From Amphiscolops sp. MND2022 (lineage: Eukaryota): DNA of 64,000 bases. Both the position numbers and the translations under genes were made by a program. The stretch lies in the NCBI GenBank assembly GCA_964187785.1, contig OZ076421.1, positions 34,410,001 to 34,474,000 of the forward strand, given 5' to 3'. Under the pieces are notes generated by a model. It was not told where the DNA came from. It was given only the letters and a program-made list of their open reading frames with translations, and did not search any database. Shown one piece after another: positions 1 through 9,863 of this stretch (within the stretch, counting starts at the first letter, position 1; each line of letters opens with the position of its first letter).

Positions 1-47
1 TTTGAGCCTTAGGTGTGGCGCCGACTTGGGCCGTTCCCGGCTTGTTT
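1..47 (+). mobile_element. 3' end of the SINE-like family
   Basis: TTTGAGCCTTAGGTGTGGCGCCGACTTGGGCCGTTCCCGGCTTGTT matches the 3' motif of the other copies. Confidence 0.55.
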
Positions 48-638
48 CGCTTGGAAAAGTAGAATGAAGAATAAAGTGCCCCTTTTGGTGTTTTTTAGTT
101 GTACGGGAACAATTATTTTCGTGCTTTTTTTCATCTGACGGGTCTTCTTTCGTTTTTCAGTAGTAACGCCCTTTGGTTTTTGTGGCCCTATGCGATTTAC
201 CGACGACATTTGAAAAAAATTGTCCACAATTATCGGTTTAGAGGTTTTCTGTCAAAGAAAACCGTTTTCCGAGACCGATGACATCTGTTTTTTCATGTCT
301 GATAACTCCGGAAAAGACTGATTTTTTCATTACAGGTTCGATCTTCCGTTTTTTCTTCGATATTTAAAACTTAGATAACGCATTTTTTAAATCAAAATTC
401 GTGACCCGCTTCCGGTTTGTCCCCTTATACGGCAGCTGCGTTTTTCTATTTAACTTGGAAATGTCCCGTATGTTTTGTCAAAAAGTGCAGATTAAAAAAC
501 CTTCGCAATGAATTTGTTTTCGAACACGACTTCATTCTCTAAAAATGTTTTCTCTTCATCTCGCTAAAAAATCTTTTCTCTAGGTGACCACTATAAAACG
601 TTCTTATACAGAATCGAAAAAGATTTGATGTTGACATT

Positions 639-945
639 AGTAGTTAAGATTTCCGCCGGCCTTTCAACGGGGGGGGGGGTCCTCGGTTTTCACGGGGTGG
701 GTCCTTGCTCTGAAATTTTAGGACCTATCCCTAAAAGGAAGGGGTCCTTCCAAATTGGTGTTCGGAAATACTTCGGCTTTTGACTGCGAAAGTAAATTAT
801 TGGTCGGATTCTTTTTGTATTCGTTTTTTGGATTCTTTCTGTATTCGTTTTTGGAATCGGATTTTTGCGAAAGTACATGTAAAAGCGTAGACACTCTTGT
901 TTATTCTTTGAATGCCTGAAAGTTTGGAAAGTACTAACCTTGAAA
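639..945 (+). repeat. Polinton left terminal inverted repeat (~307 bp)
   Basis: Reverse complement of 17027-17300, apart from a longer G run (11 vs 8), a ~30-bp internal duplication (GGATTCTTT.TGTATTCGTTTTT unit) and one substitution. Confidence 0.95.
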
Positions 946-1314
946 TTTTGTTGTAATTGAATTGTAAAGCTGGATTGACTAATACTGGTACAACTTTCTT
1001 GTAAATAAAGGGAGTGGTATTTCCAACTTTCTTATCTGTATGAACACTTAATATTATTAGGAATAGTAATATGCGTTCCTCCAAATGTAGTGGTAGCGGT
1101 GTTCTTATTTCTACCTGTAAAATATCTTAACTTCCCAACAAATTCGTTTTGAATCTACATGTTGTTGCTAACCCCTGACCTACCCAAGTTAAATTTAATA
1201 TAACTGTAAACCACCATTCTTCGTTTCAACTCTTGTTTGAAAACAAAATGAATTTCACAAATTCAAGCTTTATTATGCTGTTAACGTTATACAAAGAAAA
1301 ATTAGTGAATGATA

Positions 1315-4300
1315 TTACTGTAATTCATTATCAATATAAAATTTGACTTTTTTCTGAGGAGGGGGACCACGGGTGGAAACTTCCACTGCTTCACAGTCTA
1401 AAAATACATTTGGTTGGGTATTGGGTAAGTCTTCTTCGAAATCAGACAACTCTGTTAGGTCAATAACGTCTGGTAATTCACTTTCTTCTATTGCATCTTG
1501 ATTAAGTCCAGGGTCGGGTGGGGAAAATAAAGCTGGTTGGTTGGAGTTTGACTGTATCGGTGACTGAATAAAGTCCTCCTCCTCGTCCCCCCAATCGCAA
1601 TCCGCCCCAATTTCTCTGAATATTACGTCGTCTCGCAAAGAATAATGTCCAAAAGGTAAGGTATCAACGCCGTTTGGCATTATATATCTTTTATCGTCAA
1701 AACAGCTTAGAGAAATTTTTGTCGTCTGCAAGGTAAACAGATTATGTCTTTCACTATTTATTGTGTAGTTTAATGTTCTAAGTAGTGTTTCTTTTTCGAG
1801 AATTCGATAAAATACAGAGTGTTGTAGGTTCTTTTGTGCATGTTTGGTGGTTCCTTTTGCAGAAATTTTTTGTTGATCACCCATCGCGATTGAATACAAT
1901 TTTGATTTTAGTGCAACAATGCTGTGTATGATTTTACCACCAACTTCGTCTTTGAATTTCAAAGTTTCCAACTTTTGATGTTTGGAATATAGTTGATTAT
2001 CTTCTTTATAGTTTGAAAAGTCAAACTCTGGGTGCACTTGTTCGTTTTCTTTGAGGTCAGCGTATATGTCTTCCGATTCGATTTCATAAATTAGGGAATC
2101 TGTATCGGAGTAGAGCACTAATGTTCGGAAGTTTGGTTTCATGTACATGTAATGAAACCAGTACATATGTCGTTTAGATAAATCCAAGATGGTAGCGCCG
2201 ACTATCGTTGGCTTGTCCCAGTAAATTTTGCGCTGTGCAAACGTTATGGCAGCCAACTGGTTGTTGAAAATCTTGAATGTTTTCATCCACATTTTGCTTG
2301 TTTGCTTTTGCAACTCATCTTGCGTGCGGACAATCTCAATGGACAATCGTTTTCTTTTACTTTCCATGGTTTTACCAAAAGCAGAGTTGCTCATTAGTTT
2401 GAAAAAGTTTTCTTCAAACTTGTTTGTAGACGCTTTTCGTTTCATTGTGTTTAACTGTATATATGGCTGGAGCCATTTTGACTGTTCAAATTGCAACACT
2501 CTATGTACTTTGGTAACTTGTAACCCCAGTTCACAGTATAATTTCAATGTCATGTAATGTATAGTATAATTGGTTTTGTCGTAGAGTGTTTGGATCAACT
2601 TTTTGGTTTTTGTTGAAAAGGTCTTTGTTCCACTCATTTCCAGCAATCGTGTTTGATATTCACCGAGCCAAAAAAAATTAATTGTTTCCTTCGTAGGAGC
2701 CAAAGGGAAATCAGTGTGTAAATCGTGCAAATGATCAGGATAATGCAAGTCAACTTCCAATACATATCCAACTGGTGAGTCATTTGGAGTATTTAGTATT
2801 TCTTGTAGGTCAACTTCGCCTTCTCTTTTCAATACAAAGTTTTTTAAAGGCAAGGGGAACTTTTCCATGATTCCTCCATACAAGTTGTTTGCATCAATAA
2901 ACAGCCCAAATGTTTGCTTCTGTGAAGAGTTGTATGTTGGTAGATATTTGTTATTTGCTTCAAATTTGCGTTTTGCAAACACGGAAGAAATTCCTCCGCG
3001 GATTAGGTTTTCAGCAACTTCAAGGTGTTCTCGATTAGTTAGTAATTCGATATCTGCGTTGCACACTTTAAGGAAGGCTTCACCGGACAAATTTGACGCA
3101 GTATAAAAATGAGCACAATCCAGTCCGTAAGTTGCATAACACACTTTTCTAAACTCTTCGAATACCGAGGCCAAAATCAAAACATCGGTGTGTAAATATA
3201 AATCGTGATAGTGACCTAGTGTTTTGCAATCAAACTCTTGGTATACAAGACTAGCATGTTGTAAATCCTGATCACTAATTGTGACTTCACCCCCTGCGAG
3301 AGTGTTTTTCCAAAACTCTTTTGGGGGAAGCTTTTCCTCGGCAAATTTATCGAAACTGTCCATGTATGAATAGGGATAAACACCTTTCCTTTTCAGCAAG
3401 TCAATTTGCGACGGTGTTTTGTATGTATTGAATTGACTCTCCAGATAAATGAATTTATCCTGTGGTAAGAAACCCGCCAGTTTATCTAGTGACTGGGGCA
3501 TGAACTTGAAAGAGTCCAAGAATCGCATGTCTTCATATACATTTTTTGTCATTCCATTCTTGTCAGTATATGAGTTTACCCACACAGAAAATGTGAAGGA
3601 AATGTACTTTTCGTCAGTTGTAGGAATAACTGAAAACTTGTTCTTTGGATTACAATTGTTGATTGCCGAACAAATGTGGTGTATATCATATCCAGCCATG
3701 TTGTGTGCTATCACGGGGGTGAAGTTTATTGACTTCCTTTGTAGATTACATTCTGAATGTGCCCACCCTAGGAATGTACCACTGTAATGACAATGGTCCA
3801 ACACTTTCTGCTCGTCATTCGTGAAAGGTTTTTTACAAATCCAACAATCATTTACAGTGTCTTTGTGCGTCGAAGGCTTGCCCTTGTAAATTCGGTGACT
3901 TTGTTTTCTATGATAAATGTCTGTTGCCAATTTTTCCAATTCTTTTATTAAATCGTCCAAGCAATCGGGACCTCGCATGATTCTGTAAGACAAAACTTTA
4001 TCATTTCCATGTTCTACAATTACAAAAGCATAACCACAAGGCACATGTTTTTCCAACTTTACTTGACTGCTAATACTGGGTGAAGGAGCGCATGTAGATA
4101 AAGGCACTAGGAGCGCTTCAGTATCAAGGTAAATAACCAGTGGAACAAACCAAACTGCTCTTGTATTTTTGAATTGATGTATGTTTTTATGCTCATCGGG
4201 TAAAATGATCGCCGCGGCCTCGTTTTCGTAACAGTTGAGCTTGTGTATTTCGAAACTCCCGGTTGAACTACAAATATGAAAACAGTTTCTGCAAATTTCA

Positions 4301-5481
4301 TCCCTCGATCTACTTTGTTTATTTTTCAAAAAGTTTACAAAATGTTTCAAATCAGTAATCAGTACGTAGTGATGAGAACCTCCTTCTGACAACAATAAAA
4401 GATCCATGATAAAGTCACTGGGGAATTTAGAGACTCTGAGAGGTAACAAATCTTTCTTCTCCAATATAAACACATTGACTTGGACTTTGTTGAGTTTTTC
4501 GAATCGTTCAAGTTCATGAAACGGCATTGGCATCCGAAAGTTGCCTGCATGCTTTTTTGCCAGAGGATTATATGTAGGATTATAAGTGCCTGGGTTTGTT
4601 TTGCAGCGCCACGAACTTGTTTCAACCAATGGTATGTCTGTGTGCAAGTGGTAAGCGGCTGTATAACAATATATAAAGCAATTCTCATCTTCAATGTTCC
4701 GAATATTGAGTAGTGACCTACAACCTTGAAGTTTATTTGGAAGTGCGATGTAAGAGCTACCCCGAATGGGAGAATAGGATGTAAATTTAACAAAAAGGTT
4801 TTTAATTTCGGACAAAATCCACCCACTTCCTTGGGATGCAAAAGTAAATAAAGCTGAAGTAAGTTGTTCTATCAATTGATAATAGTCGTTGTCTGTGATC
4901 CCATAAAAGTAAACTGGTTGCAACTTTGTGTTGGTATAAATTGTGATTGTCTCTTGAGAGTCATCATCAACTTTCGGTTTAACTAACTTCAATTCAGTTG
5001 TTAATTGAAATTTCTTGGGTCCATTGCGACATTTTTCTCTAATAAGGTTTTGTATTTGATTTTTTTCCTTACAAAGTAGTTCGAATAAATCAATTGATGT
5101 GATCCTTCGCTTGAGTTGATACGTTTCCAATGATCCCCAAAAGGCTTTTTCCACCTGTTGATAACCGGTCATTCTTTCGATGTTGTCATTTTCGCGGGGT
5201 GTAAATATTGTTGGTAAACCATGATCATGCTCAAGATGATACGAGTATTTCATAGCTTCACCGTAAACTATGTTGCAATAAAGGCAATGATTTACTATTA
5301 TATGTCCATGTTTTTGTAAAAAATGTTGTTTCATCGTAACCAGAGAAGTGTTTTGAAAATCACAATCGGAGCAAGCAAAAGGTTGAACTTTGGGTTGTGT
5401 GTTGTGTATATTTTGCTTGTGCCGACGCAAATTTCTCAAAGAACTATATGTTTTTAGACAAAGATCACACTCCACACCCAT
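1315..5481 (-). CDS. polB: Protein-primed family B DNA polymerase with N-terminal C2H2 zinc fingers and an endonuclease-VII-like Zn module
   Basis: ORF track 1315..5547; likely start at 5481 (AAAATG, MGVECDLC). Polymerase motifs DANNLYG, KLMSNSAFGKT and YSDTDS. Exonuclease motifs IYLDTEA, HNMAGYD and FLDSFKF. EndoVII-like CWIC...DHCHYSGTFLGWAHSECN. Three C2H2 fingers at the N-terminus. Confidence 0.96.
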   Translation of the reverse strand: MGVECDLCLKTYSSLRNLRRHKQNIHNTQPKVQPFACSDCDFQNTSLVTMKQHFLQKHGHIIVNHCLYCNIVYGEAMKYSYHLEHDHGLPTIFTPRENDNIERMTGYQQVEKAFWGSLETYQLKRRITSIDLFELLCKEKNQIQNLIREKCRNGPKKFQLTTELKLVKPKVDDDSQETITIYTNTKLQPVYFYGITDNDYYQLIEQLTSALFTFASQGSGWILSEIKNLFVKFTSYSPIRGSSYIALPNKLQGCRSLLNIRNIEDENCFIYCYTAAYHLHTDIPLVETSSWRCKTNPGTYNPTYNPLAKKHAGNFRMPMPFHELERFEKLNKVQVNVFILEKKDLLPLRVSKFPSDFIMDLLLLSEGGSHHYVLITDLKHFVNFLKNKQSRSRDEICRNCFHICSSTGSFEIHKLNCYENEAAAIILPDEHKNIHQFKNTRAVWFVPLVIYLDTEALLVPLSTCAPSPSISSQVKLEKHVPCGYAFVIVEHGNDKVLSYRIMRGPDCLDDLIKELEKLATDIYHRKQSHRIYKGKPSTHKDTVNDCWICKKPFTNDEQKVLDHCHYSGTFLGWAHSECNLQRKSINFTPVIAHNMAGYDIHHICSAINNCNPKNKFSVIPTTDEKYISFTFSVWVNSYTDKNGMTKNVYEDMRFLDSFKFMPQSLDKLAGFLPQDKFIYLESQFNTYKTPSQIDLLKRKGVYPYSYMDSFDKFAEEKLPPKEFWKNTLAGGEVTISDQDLQHASLVYQEFDCKTLGHYHDLYLHTDVLILASVFEEFRKVCYATYGLDCAHFYTASNLSGEAFLKVCNADIELLTNREHLEVAENLIRGGISSVFAKRKFEANNKYLPTYNSSQKQTFGLFIDANNLYGGIMEKFPLPLKNFVLKREGEVDLQEILNTPNDSPVGYVLEVDLHYPDHLHDLHTDFPLAPTKETINFFWLGEYQTRLLEMSGTKTFSTKTKKLIQTLYDKTNYTIHYMTLKLYCELGLQVTKVHRVLQFEQSKWLQPYIQLNTMKRKASTNKFEENFFKLMSNSAFGKTMESKRKRLSIEIVRTQDELQKQTSKMWMKTFKIFNNQLAAITFAQRKIYWDKPTIVGATILDLSKRHMYWFHYMYMKPNFRTLVLYSDTDSLIYEIESEDIYADLKENEQVHPEFDFSNYKEDNQLYSKHQKLETLKFKDEVGGKIIHSIVALKSKLYSIAMGDQQKISAKGTTKHAQKNLQHSVFYRILEKETLLRTLNYTINSERHNLFTLQTTKISLSCFDDKRYIMPNGVDTLPFGHYSLRDDVIFREIGADCDWGDEEEDFIQSPIQSNSNQPALFSPPDPGLNQDAIEESELPDVIDLTELSDFEEDLPNTQPNVFLDCEAVEVSTRGPPPQKKVKFYIDNELQ

Positions 5482-5559
5482 TTTGGAAAGTCGAGTGTTC
5501 CTCAATGTTGAGATTGAGAAAATGTTTTTGCACTTCGCTCCGATCAATTAAGGAGGTGA

Positions 5560-5797
5560 TTACCATTTATGGTATCCCGAGCGACTGAATTCTTTGAATT
5601 CTGATTCGATCACTATTTATGGTATCCCAGGTGCCATTTTTACCAAGAAAATTGTTTGCATGTTCGACTTTTAACAAGGCGATAACCAATTATGGTATCC
5701 CGAGAGACTGGATTTCTTTAAATTTTGATTCGACCACCTTTTACGGTATTCCAGGCGCCATGTTTTTTCCAGGAAAATTGTATGCATGTTCGACTAA
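5560..5797. repeat. Two ~123-bp direct repeats holding four TTATGGTATCCC-like motifs, upstream of polB
   Basis: Motifs at 5567, 5617, 5690 and 5741 (last one TTACGGTATTCC); flanking sequence is also repeated at a 123-124 bp offset. Confidence 0.8.
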
Positions 5798-5849
5798 CTT
5801 TTTTTGTTTCCGTATATTGACTGCTGGGCATTATAGGGGGGAGGGACGG

Positions 5850-7278
5850 GAATTTTTTTTCATTTTTGCAAAAAAATCAAAATTTCCATGCACCCCCCTT
5901 TTTCAAATTTCATTTTTTCAAAATCGTCTTGCGCACCTACCTGCAAATTTTCAAACCGATCCGACCAACAGTTTTTGAGAAAATTGACATTTTTTGTCAA
6001 AAAATGGCATTTTAAAAAAATGCATTTTTTGGTCAAAATCTCAACACTCGGTAAAGCTAGCGCCCTGCGGTTTTCACCAGCGTTTTCAGCGTCCTCTTTT
6101 CTAGTTGTGTGCCAAATTTTGGCTCCGAAACTTTTTTCAATGTTGAGAAATGTTTGTTTTTTTGACCAAAAATGATCAAAAATTGAGTTTAAAAAATGTT
6201 CAAAATCTCGTAAACTACGCGACTTTTGAAATTTACTCCTGTGGAAAAGTCTTGTAAATTTTTCGCAAACTCAACTCTCAAATTTGGTTTCTAAACAACT
6301 TTGACTGCTTGAACAATCAAATTTCGCCTATAATAGAGGAGTGCAAAGTGAATTTTTCCATTTTTTCAAAAAAATCAAAATTTCCATGCACCCCCCTTTT
6401 TCAAATTTCATTTTTTCGAAATCGTCTTGCGCACCTACCTGCAAATTTTCAGACCGATCCGACCAACAGTTTTTGAGAAAATTGACATTTTTTGTCAAAA
6501 AATGGCATTTTAAAAAAATGCATTTTTTGGTCAAAATCTCAACACTCGGTAAAGCTAGCACCCTGCGGTTTTCACCAGCGTTTTCAGCGTCCTCTTTTCT
6601 AGTTGTGTGCCAAATTTTGGCTCCGAAACTTTTTTCAATGTTGAGAAATGTTTGTTTTTTTGACCAAAAATGATCAAAAATTGAGTTTAAAAAATGTTCA
6701 AAATCTCGTAAACTACGCGACTTTTGAAATTTACTCCTGTGGAAAAGTCTTGTAAATTTTTCGCAAACTCAACTCTCAAATTTGGTTTCTAAACAACTTT
6801 GACTGCTTGAACAATCAAATTTCGCCTATAATAGAGGAGTGCAAAGTGAATTTTTCCATTTTTTCAAAAAAATCAAAATTTCCATGCACCCCCCTTTTTC
6901 AAATTTCATTTTTTCGAAATCGTCTTGCGCACCTACCTGCAAATTTTCAGACCGATCCGACCAACAGTTTTTGAGAAAATTGACATTTTTTGTCAAAAAA
7001 TGGCATTTTAAAAAAATGCATTTTTTGGTCAAAATCTCAACACTCGGTAAAGCTAGCACCCTGCGGTTTTCACCAGCGTTTTCAGCGTCCTCTTTTCTAG
7101 TTGTGTGCCAAATTTTGGCTCCGAAACTTTTTTCAATGTTGAGAAATGTTTGTTTTTTTGACCGAAAATGATCAAAAATTGAGTTTAAAAAATGTTCAAA
7201 ATCTCGTAAACTACGCGACTTTTGAAATTTACTCCTGTGGAAAAGTCTTGTAAATTTTTCGCAAACTCAACTCTCAAA
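5850..7278. repeat. Tandem array of a 498-bp unit (~2.9 near-identical copies) inside the Polinton
   Basis: Identical spurious ORFs recur at 6328/6826 and 6341/6839 (offset 498). The first unit aligns from ~5850 and the last breaks off at ~7278. Confidence 0.95.
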
Positions 7279-7407
7279 AACGATTTCCTAGGCTACTTTA
7301 AACAGAACTCTGCATAAAATGTCTTCAAATTTCGACGTGGTTAGTAAGCTTTTGACAGTATTTGGTTAGATTGGTTAGTAAGCTTTTGACAGTATTTGTT
7401 AGATTGG

Positions 7408-8007
7408 TTAGAATCGCTTCAAAAGTTTCTTTTCCTGCTGTTTTGCCTTCTTCACTGGTGGTGGCTCCAACGCTGCAGTTCGAGTGCTATCAGGCGTCAC
7501 AATTTGAGGACTCACTGTTAGATCATCACCATCTTTCGTCTCTTCGTCTTCTGTTGTGCAGACCAGAACTTCTGGGGAGACTTGTGGTGATGGAGATGCA
7601 GGATCATGTTCAACTCCCCAAAAATCTTCAAGTGAATCAACCTCCCTGAAGAAACCCATTTGATTCTCCGTTAATGGAACCATTGCGCAGTCGTCTCTAC
7701 ACAGGATGCGTTTGATTTGTATAGGTAGCATTGGTAGGTCACAACGATGAAGACTTTCTATATCCCAGTTAGACGCTGCTTCACAGTCCACAGAGTCAAT
7801 CTTTCTCTTTCTTTCCAGAATCGTCTTTTCAGTCGGTTGTTTGCTCAACTTGTGATAGACCATGTTTGGTAACAGAATATGTTGCTTTGTTTCCCACCGG
7901 TCATTTTCGTCAGACCTCATCTGTTCAATTATTGAGAGCGCTTTTTGAAATTGTGTTTCATAAATGATGAAGCGTTTGCTTGTAAAATGTGTAAAGACAG
8001 TAGCCAT
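7408..8007 (-). CDS. Polinton accessory hypothetical protein (199 aa; acidic/Pro-rich C-half, basic C-terminus)
   Basis: ATG-started ORF inside the element, divergent from the 8423 ORF; no recognised motif. Confidence 0.7.
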   Translation of the reverse strand: MATVFTHFTSKRFIIYETQFQKALSIIEQMRSDENDRWETKQHILLPNMVYHKLSKQPTEKTILERKRKIDSVDCEAASNWDIESLHRCDLPMLPIQIKRILCRDDCAMVPLTENQMGFFREVDSLEDFWGVEHDPASPSPQVSPEVLVCTTEDEETKDGDDLTVSPQIVTPDSTRTAALEPPPVKKAKQQEKKLLKRF

Positions 8008-8422
8008 AGTTGAATCGTCGACTTGGACAAGACCAACTGTTTGAGCGGTAGCGAATTTATCGAATAACGGCTTGAGTTTTGAACGCTAGTGAATCTACAG
8101 TTTTTTTGTTTCTCACGGTGGTCCGATTTCCACATGGTAACAATGTGTTTTGAATTATTACATCGAGTCTATTTTGATTTTTCAGATGTTTTGAATTTTA
8201 ACACCAGTGTCGTGGCCTGGGCGTTTGCTGTCTACTTGAAAGATCAACGTGGGTGGTAATGATCTTGATTTATCAGTCGGCGGTGCAAGCGTTTGTTGTT
8301 TACATGAAAGATTAAAGCAGGGTGGCCAAACCTTGAACCATAAAAGCCCGCCCACCTCAGACATTGACCTTGCAATATTTACCAGGTTCTTCATACTTTT
8401 GATTTTGTTTCCAACATTCAGA

Positions 8423-8818
8423 ATGTTCTCTGGTGATTTTACTCTTGCTAAGGACGAGGATTTTGGAGACTATTACTGTGACTTATCAGAAAAATCCAAC
8501 AGAATATTGCGAGCAACGGTGAAAACATACGAGCATACAGGAACCTACGTGTTTCTAAAACTCTTCAAAAAGAAGCCAGACGCTGAATTTGCTCTGGTTC
8601 AAAAAATCACGTTGACAAAAGAAGAGTTTGAACTTCTACTGTGGAAAGGAAAATCAGTTCTACAACCGTCGAATATCAAAAAAGTTACAAAAAAGTGCAA
8701 AAAAATTAAGAAACCCTCATTTGTTGATTCTGTGGCGGAGGAGGATGACGGGGACAACGTAGACGGAGAAAACAAGGAGAATATTGATCCTAGAAAGTAT
8801 GGTGGAAGCAATGTTTGA
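8423..8818 (+). CDS. Putative PC4-like ssDNA-binding protein
   Basis: Likely start is the ATG at 8423 within ORF 8249..8818. The segment DLSEKSNRILRATVKTYEHTGTYVFLKLF...KITLTKEEFELL resembles the PC4/Sub1 pattern; basic and acidic tail follows. Confidence 0.55.
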   Translation: MFSGDFTLAKDEDFGDYYCDLSEKSNRILRATVKTYEHTGTYVFLKLFKKKPDAEFALVQKITLTKEEFELLLWKGKSVLQPSNIKKVTKKCKKIKKPSFVDSVAEEDDGDNVDGENKENIDPRKYGGSNV

Positions 8819-9389
8819 GCGTTCTCCCGATTACTTTAAGCAATTTAGAAAAAACTTTCGCTTCTTTTTATTCAAGGAAAAACCCAAAGCTGGCGTGGAC
8901 TTCCCATTAGATGTTGTTATTTCCATTGGCTTACACTCACCTGTGCATGATGGGCTTTGTAACGCTTTGCCAGACAATCACTATCATGTTTTGGCCCAGT
9001 GTTTTGGTGAAAATTATAAAGGGCAACCCAAAAGTTATTTATTACCATGTTTATATTCAACCTACGCCTTACTAATTGCAAACAGTGATGAAAAGGAAAT
9101 ATGTGGTGAAATTTTTGAAAAATTGGATCAAGCCGTTCAATACAATTGTGACCCTCCTAATCGAAACCCAAAGAAACTCTTGCCATCAATCTGTTTTTCT
9201 GTTCAAAAATGTGACAAGGCTGTGCAAGTCAGCTCTGGGTTGAGTCAAGGAACAATACAACGCTTGGAAAATGTTATGCTTGGACCGTATGGTGGTCATT
9301 TCCTACTCATTGCTGATATTTTTCAAACTGGTCACGGATCGCTTAATTTTGTGCCTGTACTAACCTTTTCTCTGAATGAAATTGTTTGA
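8784..9389 (+). CDS. Polinton hypothetical protein with an HYHVL (HUH-like) motif
   Basis: 201-aa ORF overlapping the previous stop; AATAAA at ~9391 follows the stop codon. Confidence 0.7.
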   Translation: MILESMVEAMFERSPDYFKQFRKNFRFFLFKEKPKAGVDFPLDVVISIGLHSPVHDGLCNALPDNHYHVLAQCFGENYKGQPKSYLLPCLYSTYALLIANSDEKEICGEIFEKLDQAVQYNCDPPNRNPKKLLPSICFSVQKCDKAVQVSSGLSQGTIQRLENVMLGPYGGHFLLIADIFQTGHGSLNFVPVLTFSLNEIV

Positions 9390-9419
9390 GAATAAAAATG
9401 TTTGAAATTAAACATTAAA

Positions 9420-9860
9420 TTACATGAGAGTTTTTACAAAGCGAAGCAAATCAGTTTCAGAAATGTAAGAAATCAATGGATAATACGAACTTAACAAAAA
9501 ATGAGCAATATAAATACAATACAAACCACACAAGTTTGAATTTTGATTTTGTAACGGCGTCTTTGTGGCATCTTTTAATGTCTGCTGAACTTGGATTGGT
9601 ATCGCGGAGATTCTTTTAGCAATATTAGGATAATGTAAAAATAGGTCTAGTCCAAGGGGATCTGCAAAGTTGAAAGTACCTTTCACGTTGCTCCAAACAA
9701 TCCAATGTTTCCCAGCGCTGTTTGAGTTTTCTGAATTGACAATTACAAAAGTGTTGTTGGGTAATAGGATAGGAAACTTGTCTGCGGGATAAATTCCTCC
9801 AAACTTGTATTTCAATCTTGGGCTGTTTTTTATTAGGTGGGCAATGTAATCTTCATCCAT
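9420..9860 (-). CDS. pro: Adenain-like cysteine protease (virion maturation protease)
   Basis: GKHWIVW (catalytic His) and LQNQNSNLCGLYC (oxyanion Gln, catalytic Cys); adjacent to the MCP gene. Confidence 0.92.
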   Translation of the reverse strand: MDEDYIAHLIKNSPRLKYKFGGIYPADKFPILLPNNTFVIVNSENSNSAGKHWIVWSNVKGTFNFADPLGLDLFLHYPNIAKRISAIPIQVQQTLKDATKTPLQNQNSNLCGLYCIYIAHFLLSSYYPLISYISETDLLRFVKTLM

Positions 9861-9863
9861 TTT

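Noticed and set aside
797-1084. 95-aa minus-strand ORF with a hydrophobic N-terminus downstream of polB
   Set aside because: Its 3' half runs into the left TIR microrepeats; no motif; probably not coding.
2228-4841. Several plus- and minus-strand ORFs overlapping polB
   Set aside because: Shadow frames of a long coding gene with no recognisable motifs.
5888-7171. Repeated ORFs (77, 95 and 110 aa) in the 498-bp array
   Set aside because: F/K-rich translations of A/T tracts, present on both strands; artefacts of the repeat.
5850-7278. CRISPR-like array
   Set aside because: Whole units are identical with no unique spacers; eukaryotic context and no cas genes.
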